Shown here: positions 46,117-56,949 of the stretch, piece after piece
Layout: the number at the start of each line of letters is the position of its first letter
Numbering within the stretch: the first letter of the stretch is position 1
Origin: a virus
Virus record (IMG/VR): IMGVR_UViG_3300033148_006964
Coordinates: 1-64,000 of that record
Strand: one strand, 5' to 3'
DNA length: 64,000 bases
Notes under the pieces: generated by a model
Seen by the model: only the letters and a program-made list of their open reading frames with translations
Told to the model about the DNA's origin: nothing
The model's database searches: none
Position numbers and translations under genes: made by a program

Positions 46117-46869
46117 ATGGAAGATAAACAAAGTGGTGGAGTTTTTGATCAAAAACCTATAAAAGAAGATGTCCCAGCTGCGTCTCCTATAGCAGAGGCG
46201 CCTAAAGAAAATTTTAAATCACCTGAAAATCAATCTCAACAACAAATGCCTCATAAAGCAATAAAAGAAAATGAGGATACTAAAAATTTAGGATCTTCTA
46301 GTGATGCTGATAATGTTCAGGAAGAGCTTGAAGATTTGGAAAAGGTATCTCCAGAAGATTTAAAATTAGCGGAACAGTTAATTTTTAAAGGATATGCTGA
46401 AAAAGATATTGAGATGCTAAATTTACCAGGAAATGTTTTTACAATTTGTTCTACAAGTGCTGCTGAATATGACATTATTGATGAAGTGGTTTTTGATAAA
46501 GTAAAAGGGTATGAGACAGATGACGGTAAAATAGATATGCCTCAAAATAAGCTAACAGCGTTAAAAACAGCTCTTATGATAGCTATTTCATATAGAGGTA
46601 GGAATAAAGAAGAGATCTGCGTTGATTCTGTGAACCATTTAAATACTATTAAAAATGCGATAATAAAGATCAGTGAATACCAAATGCTTGGTGAGATTAA
46701 AAAATTAGATGAATTAAAAGAAAGTTTAAAAAAATCATTATTGGTAAGGGCAATTCATATAATGAAACTTCCTACACAGATAATAGATTTTCTTTCTTCT
46801 GAAAAGCTCGCTTTTGATAGCACTATGTATAGGATTATGACTACTAAAAAAATACTCCCAAAATCCTAG
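46117..46869 (+). CDS. Tail assembly chaperone
   Basis: Upstream of the tape measure gene, AGGAGG RBS, slippery site just before the stop. Confidence 0.7.
   Translation: MEDKQSGGVFDQKPIKEDVPAASPIAEAPKENFKSPENQSQQQMPHKAIKENEDTKNLGSSSDADNVQEELEDLEKVSPEDLKLAEQLIFKGYAEKDIEMLNLPGNVFTICSTSAAEYDIIDEVVFDKVKGYETDDGKIDMPQNKLTALKTALMIAISYRGRNKEEICVDSVNHLNTIKNAIIKISEYQMLGEIKKLDELKESLKKSLLVRAIHIMKLPTQIIDFLSSEKLAFDSTMYRIMTTKKILPKS
46857..46863 (+). other. -1 frameshift slippery heptamer C CCA AAA
   Basis: In-frame X XXY YYZ one codon before the TAG. The -1 frame is open to 47168. Confidence 0.8.
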
Positions 46870-47168
46870 GGACTACTACAGGTACGGCTCGTGCTAATTT
46901 TATAGCTAATAATATTAAGTTTGAGTATGGGTCAACCCGCGAAAGTATCGCAATTTCAGAATTTAATCGTCAAAGAGGAATAACGTTTATATCTTCACTC
47001 TTTGCTGTAGTAGACCCAAAACAAATTAATAAAGCGGTACAGCAGTATAGAAGTGTTTTATATCCTGAAGAGAGATATGATGATATTATGTATATTAAGA
47101 AAGCTCAAAAAATGTTTGAAAAACTTAGAAAACATGATATTAAGATTATGCCGTTTAAGATTAAGTAG
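46863..47168 (+). CDS. Frameshift extension of the tail assembly chaperone (-1 frame, ~101 aa)
   Basis: ILGTTTGTARANFIANNIKFEYG...KIMPFKIK-stop. No start codon or RBS of its own at the 5' end, terminator directly after. Confidence 0.75.
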   Translation: MLGTTTGTARANFIANNIKFEYGSTRESIAISEFNRQRGITFISSLFAVVDPKQINKAVQQYRSVLYPEERYDDIMYIKKAQKMFEKLRKHDIKIMPFKIK

Positions 47169-47197
47169 TAAAATTTAAGAATTAATTATATAATAAT

Positions 47198-47227
47198 AGG
47201 GATATGGATTGCTCATATCCCTTTTTT
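47198..47227 (+). terminator. Rho-independent terminator overlapping the tape-measure promoter
   Basis: AGGGATATG/CATATCCCT stem plus T tract. TTGCTC (47209) lies mostly in the loop, 17 nt before TATATTATA (47232). Confidence 0.75.
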
Positions 47228-47280
47228 GTTTTATATTATATGTACCTGCCATTAATATGTTTTTTATTTAAGGAGTTAAG

Positions 47281-50200
47281 ATGCCGCCTCCTAATGCACC
47301 TTCTTATGGTTCCGGCCCATTAAATTATGCTAACCAAGGTGGCGCCGATCCATTTGGTTCGTTTGATAATAGGATAAGATATAATGATATGGTGCGTCAC
47401 CAAATGGTTGCGCAGTATCAGCAAAGTATTGTCAGTCCGGCAACCATGACATTATCACAACAAAGACAAGTTGCTACACAGCAAAGATTTCAATATGGAG
47501 TAACGGGTGGCCAGGATATTAGACATTATCAAAGACAAGCTGAATTAAATAGAGTTGCTGGAGCTTCCGGATTTGCTAAAGGTGCCGTTGGTTTTGCAGC
47601 ATGGACCGCTGCAGATGCAGCTGTTGGTATGACTGGTGCCTCAGCAATTGCGGGCAGCGCACTTGGAGGAGGCATTTTAGGAGGGGCAGCTGGGTTGGCG
47701 ACAACTTTTGCAGCTCCGCTTGCTTTAGGTATGGCTACTGCACATTATGTAAATAAAGGAATAGATCAAACGTTTGAAAGACAACGTTTTATGCATTCTA
47801 CGGCTGCTGATATTTCTCAATATCGTGATAGACTTGGATTTAATAGTCTTTCATATAATGATGCAACTAGGCTTGGTTCGAGTCTTGGAAGATCTATGAA
47901 CGCACCAGGTCAATTTTTTTCAAAAGAACAACAGACAAGAATACATAAAATAGGTCTTTCTAATGACCTTATATCCGCTCGTGGTAAAGGGATGAGTGCT
48001 GGTAGCATTAGGCAATATGAGCAAAATTTTTCTGAATTAAAAGATACGACAGAAGAAGTAGTAAAACTTTTGCAGACGACAATAGAAGGTGGGATGTCTG
48101 TTATTAAAGAATTGCAAGGTAAAGGTTTTACTTCTATGAAACAGATTAAACAACAAGTGATGCAGGCAAAAGCGTTTGGTGGTTTTACTGGGATGGGTGC
48201 TCAAAATATGATGGCGTTAGGCGCAGCAGGAGCACAGGCAGTACAGGGAACTCCGTTTGGTGCAACCCAAGGAGCAGCTCAATATCAATTAGGTGCAGTT
48301 AACGCGTCGTCTTTAGCACAATCTGGAGGGTCAGCAGCATATGCGGTAAAGAGGGTTGGTGGTGTAGCTGCTGCTGGAGCAGCAATAGCTAATTTTCAAA
48401 TGAATATGGCTCAAACTGGAATGGGCACTAAATTAGCGGCATACGCTATGAACGCTGATGGTACTGTAAATCAAAAAAGGTTTGATACATTAATTAGCGG
48501 CAACGCATCTGCTTATGATATAGTTACAGGTGCCAATCAAACTGGCTATGCAATGGGTCAGGGTGGAAGAGCTATGTTTGCTTTACATAAAGAGGATTTT
48601 TATAATTCTTTAAATGAAAGACAAAGAGCGGGATTGGTGCAGCAAAATTTTAAAGCCTGGAGAGGCGGTAAAGCTGGAAATTTAAAACAACAAGCTTGGG
48701 CATTTGCTGGTTTAGGAACAAACGATCAAAGGCAACAACGAGTTGTAATGGAACAATTAACTGGTAATTCCGGATATGCAACCGCAGATGCTTATGGAGC
48801 TGCGACTCAGATGGGTTTAAATAGGGTTGTTAATACTAATGACGCAGGTGTTTTAGATTTAATGATAGGAAATGAAATACGAAATGTTAAAAGGATTGGT
48901 AAAGGGCTCGCTTATACAGGTGAAAGAATAGGGTATGGAGCAATCTCTATAGGGGAAGATATTGGAAAAGCATGGAGCAGCTTGGGTAGTGGGATTGGAA
49001 GACTTGGTGACGCGGCGATAGGTGGATACGGGTGGGGTGGAGCAAGTAGAGCTAAATATGGCGATCTTGGTGATGCTGCAAAGACGATGTACGGTCTTGG
49101 TGTTAGTGGGGGTAGTAGAGGTAAACGCGCTTTACAAGCTATGTCTGTTGAAGAAACGAAATCATTATACGCAACACCTGTTAAGGGTTTAATTTCATCT
49201 GATGCAATTAAAAATATGTCTGGTGATAGTGTTGCATATTCTATGCAAGCTTTATTATCAGCGTCTACAACGGGTGGAAACGCTGCTCTTGATAGCAATC
49301 TTAAAGAAGCCCTTGGTCTTTCCGGATCAAAGCATTTAAAACAACTTAAAGAAAATCCTGCTATGTATTATGCAAGCTTTAAAGCTGCTGTTACTGATCA
49401 GTATAAATCTACATCTGCAAAGTGGGAAGATGCTGCTGGAGCTTTTGAAACATATAAAAAACAACTTAGCTCTTCAGGAGCAAGAGAAGCTCAAAGTATT
49501 GTTTCAAAAGCAGTACAAGAAACTGGGCCGGTTAATTTAAATAACTCTATATTAAATAATTATGTAAAAGCTGCACGAGCTAGAAATATTATGGGTGCGG
49601 CAGAACAGTTTGGAGATATTGCAGGTAATATAAATGAACTTAATAAAAGAGTAGAAAGTGTTGGAAGGGCTAAATTATCATATGCAGATCAAATTGCTGG
49701 TGGTATAGGACAATATCGTGCGTTTCATAAATTTGCAGGGGCAAAAGTTGGAAATAAAGATTTTATGTCAGGATTACGTAGTACGGGATTAGGAATATTG
49801 GAAAAGGCTGGAGCGATAGATCCAGCTACAGGTAAAATTAAAGAAAGTTGGTCTGGGTTTGGTGCTGAAAAAGATATTACAGCTGATTATTTAAAGAAAT
49901 ATACGGAAGAAGAAAGAACATTAATAGATAAAGGATTTTTAGATCCTGATACTGGGGTACTGTTTAATACTATAGGTGAATATTCTCAAGCAGTAACAGC
50001 TAGGGATAGAGAGCTTTCAGGAGCTAGAGGTATTGGTGCTGTTAATCAATTAGAAAGATCTCTTAAAACTGGAAAAATGACATTATCTGAAAAGGGTGGT
50101 GCAGCTATACGATCAGCTTTAATATCTGGAAGAGATGTTGAAAGTCTTAGTGATTTAACACAAAAGGACAAAAAGTCACTTGCCGCTATATATACTAGAG

Positions 50201-50613
50201 GTGATACTGCTGTTTTAAATGAAAAGATAAAAGAAGGTGAATTAAATACTTTTATAAGAAGTGAAAACACTCAAGAAAAGTATAGGAGCACACAAGAAAA
50301 ACTTGATAGAGCATATTCTAATGTAGATCTTATAGCGGCTGGCGGGGGAGATAAAGGCAATACTTTAGTATATGATGGTGGCGAGTATACATGGATGAGT
50401 AAAAAGGCCGCTAAAACTGTTATTGGCGGAAAAGATAGTAAAGCTAAAATAACTGACGCTGAAGACGCAATGGAGCGTGAAGAGAAAAAATCTGGAAGAT
50501 TGCAAAGTACTAGATTAATAGAAACTTTACACGAAACAGCACAGGGGCGAGGCGTGGCGACACAAGTATCTCCTCCTGTTATGAATTATTGGAATAATAA
50601 ATGGTCTCTATAA
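47281..50613 (+). CDS. Tape measure protein
   Basis: 1110 aa, Ala/Gly/Gln-rich and helical, after the frameshifted chaperone. Confidence 0.8.
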   Translation: MPPPNAPSYGSGPLNYANQGGADPFGSFDNRIRYNDMVRHQMVAQYQQSIVSPATMTLSQQRQVATQQRFQYGVTGGQDIRHYQRQAELNRVAGASGFAKGAVGFAAWTAADAAVGMTGASAIAGSALGGGILGGAAGLATTFAAPLALGMATAHYVNKGIDQTFERQRFMHSTAADISQYRDRLGFNSLSYNDATRLGSSLGRSMNAPGQFFSKEQQTRIHKIGLSNDLISARGKGMSAGSIRQYEQNFSELKDTTEEVVKLLQTTIEGGMSVIKELQGKGFTSMKQIKQQVMQAKAFGGFTGMGAQNMMALGAAGAQAVQGTPFGATQGAAQYQLGAVNASSLAQSGGSAAYAVKRVGGVAAAGAAIANFQMNMAQTGMGTKLAAYAMNADGTVNQKRFDTLISGNASAYDIVTGANQTGYAMGQGGRAMFALHKEDFYNSLNERQRAGLVQQNFKAWRGGKAGNLKQQAWAFAGLGTNDQRQQRVVMEQLTGNSGYATADAYGAATQMGLNRVVNTNDAGVLDLMIGNEIRNVKRIGKGLAYTGERIGYGAISIGEDIGKAWSSLGSGIGRLGDAAIGGYGWGGASRAKYGDLGDAAKTMYGLGVSGGSRGKRALQAMSVEETKSLYATPVKGLISSDAIKNMSGDSVAYSMQALLSASTTGGNAALDSNLKEALGLSGSKHLKQLKENPAMYYASFKAAVTDQYKSTSAKWEDAAGAFETYKKQLSSSGAREAQSIVSKAVQETGPVNLNNSILNNYVKAARARNIMGAAEQFGDIAGNINELNKRVESVGRAKLSYADQIAGGIGQYRAFHKFAGAKVGNKDFMSGLRSTGLGILEKAGAIDPATGKIKESWSGFGAEKDITADYLKKYTEEERTLIDKGFLDPDTGVLFNTIGEYSQAVTARDRELSGARGIGAVNQLERSLKTGKMTLSEKGGAAIRSALISGRDVESLSDLTQKDKKSLAAIYTRGDTAVLNEKIKEGELNTFIRSENTQEKYRSTQEKLDRAYSNVDLIAAGGGDKGNTLVYDGGEYTWMSKKAAKTVIGGKDSKAKITDAEDAMEREEKKSGRLQSTRLIETLHETAQGRGVATQVSPPVMNYWNNKWSL

Positions 50614-50624
50614 GGAATTAGATT

Positions 50625-51425
50625 ATGGCTGAAAATGAAGTATTAATAAACTCTGTTGAAGATAATGCAATAAGGCCTTATAATGTCGGAGTAACTGAAC
50701 ACGATAAGACTTTAGCTACAATTGTATTATATAGATCTAAAGATTCTTTAATTTCAGATAGTTCTGATAATATTGATTATTTAAATTCTTTTGAAATCCC
50801 AATACCTACTATAAGTTCTGAAACGGTTCCGCAAGATGGTAATGTAAGGCAAAGGGTTGGGACAATGTTAGAAATACCAAAGCTTAAAAATTTTGGTGGT
50901 CCTGATAATAATTATTATGGAATATTTAATAATTTTTCTCTTCTTAAGGTTTCAGAGATCCAATCTCAAAATGTAAAGGTACATCAAAATTTTAGTAATG
51001 TTTGGAACGCTTTTTTCTTTGGGGATAAACCTGAAATATATTCATTTAATGGATTTTTTCTAGATACAAGAGAGTATCCTTATTATCAAGAATTTCTTAT
51101 GGCTTATGAAGAATATCTTTCTGGAAGAAAATGTGTTGAAAACCAAATGGAATTAAAAGTCGTATATGATGGTAGAATAGTTGATGGCTATATGTTAAAC
51201 ATATCAACCATTAATGCCGCTGGTGATCCATTTATGAAAAACTTTTCATTTTCAGTATTAGTAAAATCTACGTCATGGCTTAGAAATAATTTGGTAGTTA
51301 AAAGAGCAATACAAGGCCTTTCAGACGATCATATGAGGGTTTCAGAGTTGAACGGGTTTTCAAATGAATATAGATTAGCAAAACAATTTGATACTGGAGA
51401 ATTAGATTCTTTAGAAACAGATTAA
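50625..51425 (+). CDS. Baseplate/tube-initiator-like protein
   Basis: Follows the tape measure gene. FFFGDKP.IYSFNG tube-fold-like pattern. Confidence 0.55.
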   Translation: MAENEVLINSVEDNAIRPYNVGVTEHDKTLATIVLYRSKDSLISDSSDNIDYLNSFEIPIPTISSETVPQDGNVRQRVGTMLEIPKLKNFGGPDNNYYGIFNNFSLLKVSEIQSQNVKVHQNFSNVWNAFFFGDKPEIYSFNGFFLDTREYPYYQEFLMAYEEYLSGRKCVENQMELKVVYDGRIVDGYMLNISTINAAGDPFMKNFSFSVLVKSTSWLRNNLVVKRAIQGLSDDHMRVSELNGFSNEYRLAKQFDTGELDSLETD

Positions 51426-51443
51426 AAGTATGAAAGCGAAATA

Positions 51444-54125
51444 ATGGCAAAGCAAGGTTATAATTATGAATTCCGCATGTTTCTTGAAGGGGTGTTAACT
51501 CCATTCAAAAGTGCTAATATTATGAACACACCAAACGGTGTAGAAGCTAATATTAATGTTTATTCATGTAAACAAGCTCTTAATATAAAACCTAAGACCG
51601 CTGTACAAATATTTTATAGGGATTGGGTTTATGACCAAAGTAAACCTGCGTGGAGAATAATGTTTGACGGATTCTTTTCAAGTTTTTATAAACAAGATTC
51701 AGCGCCGGATATAAGAAGTGTTAGTCTGATATGCAGAGATTTTAGAATGGATATAAGAAAAAACCCAGCAGCTCTTTCATTTCAAAGTAAAAATGATCTT
51801 GCGCCTCAAGTACGATATAACGCAGCAGGGATATTTAAAACTTTTGTCGTTAAAGGTGTGACTAAAAAAACAAGTAAAGGTAAAAGAATACATACTTATG
51901 GAAATTCTGGTTTAGATGATATTAGTGAGACTCTTGCGTATATAGCTGGTACTGCGTATGGAAAGGGGGCGAAGAAGCTTAAAAATGGAACTTATCAAGC
52001 TCAATCAGATTTTGGGACTTGTATCAAAGCTATAAAAGGTGATATAGGAGATGGCGGTTTGTTTCTTGACTCTCTTATTAGAGGTATATGGCTTGAAGCT
52101 GTTGGTGGAACTTCTATAAATGCTTTTATGAATAAAAGAATACGAGTTGATAAAAGATTTTTTATTCCTACTAATGCTGCTGGATATAATTTTTGGAGAA
52201 GAAAGAATGCCGGGTTACAAATAGGTAGTTATATGATGGGTAATGCACAATTTACCAGTGTTGAAGCTACCATAATGAGACTTGCTGGTTTATTTTCTGT
52301 TAGGGCGTATTCTTGTAATACACCTTCTTTAATACCTATTGGTGTTGATTCACCAGCTTCAGATTATGCTATTTCAGATGGAGTTAGAAAATTTCTTGTT
52401 GAAAGAGCTGATTCTGAGTTTGGTGCGAAATTTATACTTAATGAAACTATGTTGCTTCCGCCGCTTGAGTTTACTGCTCCTCCAAATTGTAATCTTATAT
52501 TACCGCCTATGTGTAATAAAATTACATGGAATTATGATATGGATGCCGATGTTACAAGAGGGTACTTTCAAACATTAAATGTATTTCCAACAAAGAAAAG
52601 TACTAATCAATTAGCAAGTAAGTCAATACAAGTGCCTAACGCTTTATTTAATATTGCTAAAGAAGAAGGCAACTCTAAAGATATATATGGAAGATCAAAA
52701 CCACCGTTAACACTTGAAGAAAGATATAAAGGTGTTAGTGTTTTTTATAATAGAGTTGAATGGTTATTAGCTGCAAAAGATGCTGCTTCATCTGCTATAA
52801 ATAAGACATTTAATAAAAAAGCAAGAGCAAGGTTAGAGTCTGAAATATCTGATCTTCAAGAATCTATAGATAAAGCTGCTGGACTTGAAGTTGAATCGAT
52901 GTCTTCCGAACTTACCCCACAACAAATAGTAGAGATTAAAGCGGCTATAAAAAGAAAAATAAAAGCAAAAGCAAAAACTACTTATAATAAAGGCCAGGCT
53001 GTAGCCGGTAAAACTGATGATGCTATTAAAAGACATGCGTTATTAAAGTACCTTAATGTAAAATATGCTGGAAGAGTCGTTACCGCTGAAATGGCTTTTA
53101 ATCCATATTTAATGTGTGGGTTTCCAGGCGCGGTAGTAACTGATGATAAATTATATGGAGACGAATCGATTAAAACTATAATCGGAATGGTTCAACAGGT
53201 TAAGCATCAATTATACATAACACCGGAAACAGCTGATGCTTTTACTGTAGTTGTTTTAAATAACGCAAGGTTTGAAGATGAACCTACTGATATGGATGAG
53301 TTTGGGAATTTATTATGGTCTAAAGAAACTGATTCTTCTTCAGCTTTAATAGATCCAAAAACTTTAGAATATAAAGATTCAACATATCATGTTCAAGATC
53401 CTAAAGCGTTAGTCGCTTTAAATAAAGAAAATAAAGCTGATTTAAAAAAGAAACAATTCAATCCTTATGATTTAAGAGAAAGGCAATTAAGACCTGATTA
53501 TATATACGCTAAAGATCTATTAACATTAACCGCTGAAGCTATTGCTAATGGAGAAAGAAATCAAATATATGTCGATGAAATATATGAACCAAATAAAATA
53601 GCTAAGTTTTATAGAGATGCCTTACAACATAATAGTGAAAGCTTTATGATCGGAAATACAGTTGTTAATAATAATAATGAAAAATTTATGTATGATACAG
53701 TACACGAAGGTCTTGTTAAGATGCGTGAAAATTATCCTGAATTAATGAACGACTATATCTCATGCATTAAATATGTATCCAGAAATGTATGTTCTGCAGA
53801 CGCATTTTATCAGGGAATATTAGGGTTATCAGTTAAAAATGTTAGAACCATTGCAGGTAATACAGCTGTTTTATATGAAAACATCCAAAAGGGGTTTGAC
53901 GATACTCGTATAGATGATGAATATTTTGGAGTTACGACTAACTTATGGGATAGTGGAAAAATAGATAATTTAATTAAATATTTTAGTAGTACTGGAGCTA
54001 TGACGGAGCCTGGTCAATGTAGTAGTATACGTGAAAGTATTCCTGTGACTGCATTTATAGAAGAACGAAAGAATGTTGTTAAAACTTATGTTGCCGAGGT
54101 TACAAAGACTGCAAGAGGAAGCTAA
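51444..54125 (+). CDS. Baseplate hub-like protein
   Basis: 893 aa, N-terminal RMFLEGV..PF.S, late MAFNPYLMCGFPG hub-type motif. Confidence 0.55.
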   Translation: MAKQGYNYEFRMFLEGVLTPFKSANIMNTPNGVEANINVYSCKQALNIKPKTAVQIFYRDWVYDQSKPAWRIMFDGFFSSFYKQDSAPDIRSVSLICRDFRMDIRKNPAALSFQSKNDLAPQVRYNAAGIFKTFVVKGVTKKTSKGKRIHTYGNSGLDDISETLAYIAGTAYGKGAKKLKNGTYQAQSDFGTCIKAIKGDIGDGGLFLDSLIRGIWLEAVGGTSINAFMNKRIRVDKRFFIPTNAAGYNFWRRKNAGLQIGSYMMGNAQFTSVEATIMRLAGLFSVRAYSCNTPSLIPIGVDSPASDYAISDGVRKFLVERADSEFGAKFILNETMLLPPLEFTAPPNCNLILPPMCNKITWNYDMDADVTRGYFQTLNVFPTKKSTNQLASKSIQVPNALFNIAKEEGNSKDIYGRSKPPLTLEERYKGVSVFYNRVEWLLAAKDAASSAINKTFNKKARARLESEISDLQESIDKAAGLEVESMSSELTPQQIVEIKAAIKRKIKAKAKTTYNKGQAVAGKTDDAIKRHALLKYLNVKYAGRVVTAEMAFNPYLMCGFPGAVVTDDKLYGDESIKTIIGMVQQVKHQLYITPETADAFTVVVLNNARFEDEPTDMDEFGNLLWSKETDSSSALIDPKTLEYKDSTYHVQDPKALVALNKENKADLKKKQFNPYDLRERQLRPDYIYAKDLLTLTAEAIANGERNQIYVDEIYEPNKIAKFYRDALQHNSESFMIGNTVVNNNNEKFMYDTVHEGLVKMRENYPELMNDYISCIKYVSRNVCSADAFYQGILGLSVKNVRTIAGNTAVLYENIQKGFDDTRIDDEYFGVTTNLWDSGKIDNLIKYFSSTGAMTEPGQCSSIRESIPVTAFIEERKNVVKTYVAEVTKTARGS

Positions 54126-54817
54126 TGCCTAACGATAAAGATCAAATATTAGAATGGCAAAAATCTAAAAGTCCTGAACTTTTTGCTAATCTTGTAATTC
54201 GCTATCAACCTGTTATAAATAAGGTCGTTAGTAAGTATAGAACTGTTGGTGTTGCTCCAGCTACTTTAAGAGCACAAGCTACATCTCAATTAATAAAGGC
54301 ATTTAAATCTTATGATGCTACTAAAGGTGCTCAACCGACTACACATATATGGAACAATCTTCAAAAGGTTCAAAGGATAGCTGCAGAAAGTCAAATGTCT
54401 GGACATATTCCTGAAAATAGAAATCTTAAAAGATCTACTTTTACTATTGTTAGAGATAATCTTACAGATAGACTTGGTTATGAGCCTAATGTTTCTGAAA
54501 TGGCAGATGAACTTGGATGGAATAAAAGAGAAGTTGGTAGAATGAATCATGAACTTGCTGGAGAAACAACTGCGTCTGAAGCTAAATTTGATTTTTATGG
54601 CAACTCTGTTACAAAAGAGCATTCTGATAAAGCTCTTGTTGATTATTTATATTACGATCTTGATAATAAAGAGAAGGCAATATTTGAACATACTTTTAAT
54701 TATGGTGGTAAAAAGGTATTAAGTAATAAAGAACTTGCTAAAAAATTAAATGTAAATGAGATGGCGATACATAGATTAAAAAAACGCCTTAGTCAAAAGA
54801 TTCGGAGTTACCGTTAA
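54125..54817 (+). CDS. Sigma70-family RNA polymerase sigma factor (FliA/SigB-like)
   Basis: Region 2 (LVIRYQPVI..., AFKSYDATKG), region 3 (LGYEPNVSEMADELG), region 4 HTH (SNKELAKKLNV..AIHRL). Confidence 0.85.
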   Translation: MPNDKDQILEWQKSKSPELFANLVIRYQPVINKVVSKYRTVGVAPATLRAQATSQLIKAFKSYDATKGAQPTTHIWNNLQKVQRIAAESQMSGHIPENRNLKRSTFTIVRDNLTDRLGYEPNVSEMADELGWNKREVGRMNHELAGETTASEAKFDFYGNSVTKEHSDKALVDYLYYDLDNKEKAIFEHTFNYGGKKVLSNKELAKKLNVNEMAIHRLKKRLSQKIRSYR

Positions 54818-56889
54818 TGTCTCCTCCAAAAATAGCATGCCAAGTTCAGGCTAATTTACTTTCTACTACAGCGAAGTTGATTGAGAAAGTTGAATCAATC
54901 TCATTAACAGTAAACTCTATTATAGCTTTAGTGGCTAAAGTAAAATATGGAATTCTTAATTTTACTGACATGGCTAGTGCTGAACTAATATCTGCAGTTA
55001 GTTCGATAGCTGCTAATGCTGCACAGGTTGCTTTAGGTGCTATTTCTAAAGCTTCGGCAGCGTTATTGGAAGCTATTTTATCTTCACTTCTTAAAATATT
55101 ACTTGCGTTTCCTACGGCTATTTTTTCACTTGTTGCAATCCCTCAAGATCAAGCGATAGATGCTGCTGATAAAGAAAGATTATACCTTTTAAATGCAAAA
55201 GCTAATCTTAAACGTATTATTAGTATAATAATACATTGGACTAACGGGTTTGATAGTAATAAATATTATAAGCAGATGATCAACGCAATACCTTATATAA
55301 ATAAAGCTTTTGAATTATGTGAAGAGTTAATAATTGAATTAGAAGGATCACCAACTGAAGATGATAGTGAATTAAATTCACGTTTTAATGAAAGCAAATA
55401 CAATTCATTAAGAGGCAATATATTACAAGCTATTGAAATAACTAAACCATCTTCTGTTATTGTTGAAAACAGCCGTATTACTCAAATCATAGAAAAGAAA
55501 CGTGTTGATACTTATCAATCAGAAGCTAATGTTATTAATAATAAATATGCAATTAAAAAATCTGAATTAGTTGAATGGTATCATAATGAAACAGTTAAAA
55601 ATACCCCTGAAAATGAAGATAAATGGGGAGAAAGATTAGGAGATTCTTTAAAGCTTGAAGGTATAAAATTAGAATATGCAACCAGGTTGAAGGCTTTAAA
55701 TGTATCTAAAAAGGAAGAGCTTGCTATCGCTGAATTAAATTCCAGTTCACAAGGAATAATAGATAAAAGCGCATACGTCGAATCGGCATTAGGACTTGCA
55801 GCAAGGTTCCGTAATGATATGCAAGTTTTATCAAATGAACTCTTTCAATTTATTAAAAATATAAAAGACGCTTTTTTACAATATAAAAGATGTCAGGTAA
55901 TGTGTAATACGATATATAATATAGAAGGTTTAATTAAAAAACTTATTGGTGAAATAATTAAACTATTAAAAAACGTTGGTAATGGTGCTTCCAGCGTAAT
56001 AGTAAAGGTGCTTGAAACGTCATCTGCATTAATCAGTTTTACTCATGATAAGTTTGAAGACAATATAGATAGATATGAGGATTCTTCTAAAGATATTTCG
56101 ACCAGTGAAATGTCTACAACTATCGTTACCGGTAACGGGGCTTTAATGTCCGCAAATAGTGCTTTATCTGCTTCGGTTACAGATAGTTTAATTCAACTTA
56201 TAAATTCAGACGACACAATGGAAAATTCTGATGACAACTTTAGAGAGTTTATTAATAATATGGCAAATATTTCTGATTGGGATGGTAAATTAAATATTTG
56301 GTCTGTTGATCATTTAAACGCATCCGTATCTCCTTATTCTAAATTAATATCTGATTCTACGACAATGCTTGCTAAAATACCTAAATTAGCATTTTCTACG
56401 GATGAAGAGGATCGTTTAAAATTGCGTGGGACTATAACTGTTGTTAATAAATTATTTAAAGTATTGTTTGCCCATAACTCAGAGGTCAGTAGTGTCCTGT
56501 ATTCTTATACACCATATAGAGCGTCTGAAACTGGTGATTTAAAAAAGATACTTGCAACAGCTAATCTTTTGGATCAATTTGCGCTTGGAATGAGTATAAC
56601 TTCATTAATTACTGAATTAGCCATGATGAACGTTGAGTTTTCAATAGACGAGGCACTTCCTACGTTAAGTAATTGTCAGGCAGCTTATCCTGATCTGTAT
56701 CAAGATGAAGGAATTCAGAAAGCAATAGCAATATTAAAAGGAAGTATTCCACCTGTGGATATAGATAAAAATATTCAAAATAAAAGAGAAGACAATCTCT
56801 TTGCGTTAAAAGATGCTCAACAAAAACTAAAAGCATTTGAGATTAATGTGCCTGAAGATGAAATGTACAACAGCGCTCTCGATAATTAA
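54817..56889 (+). CDS. Large helical hypothetical protein in baseplate operon
   Basis: 690 aa, coupled by TAATG overlap. No recognisable motif. Confidence 0.6.
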   Translation: MSPPKIACQVQANLLSTTAKLIEKVESISLTVNSIIALVAKVKYGILNFTDMASAELISAVSSIAANAAQVALGAISKASAALLEAILSSLLKILLAFPTAIFSLVAIPQDQAIDAADKERLYLLNAKANLKRIISIIIHWTNGFDSNKYYKQMINAIPYINKAFELCEELIIELEGSPTEDDSELNSRFNESKYNSLRGNILQAIEITKPSSVIVENSRITQIIEKKRVDTYQSEANVINNKYAIKKSELVEWYHNETVKNTPENEDKWGERLGDSLKLEGIKLEYATRLKALNVSKKEELAIAELNSSSQGIIDKSAYVESALGLAARFRNDMQVLSNELFQFIKNIKDAFLQYKRCQVMCNTIYNIEGLIKKLIGEIIKLLKNVGNGASSVIVKVLETSSALISFTHDKFEDNIDRYEDSSKDISTSEMSTTIVTGNGALMSANSALSASVTDSLIQLINSDDTMENSDDNFREFINNMANISDWDGKLNIWSVDHLNASVSPYSKLISDSTTMLAKIPKLAFSTDEEDRLKLRGTITVVNKLFKVLFAHNSEVSSVLYSYTPYRASETGDLKKILATANLLDQFALGMSITSLITELAMMNVEFSIDEALPTLSNCQAAYPDLYQDEGIQKAIAILKGSIPPVDIDKNIQNKREDNLFALKDAQQKLKAFEINVPEDEMYNSALDN

Positions 56890-56949
56890 TTAAAGAGTAA
56901 TCAAGCTAATTATCGTTTCAAATATTATTTTGTATAAGAGGACGTATAC

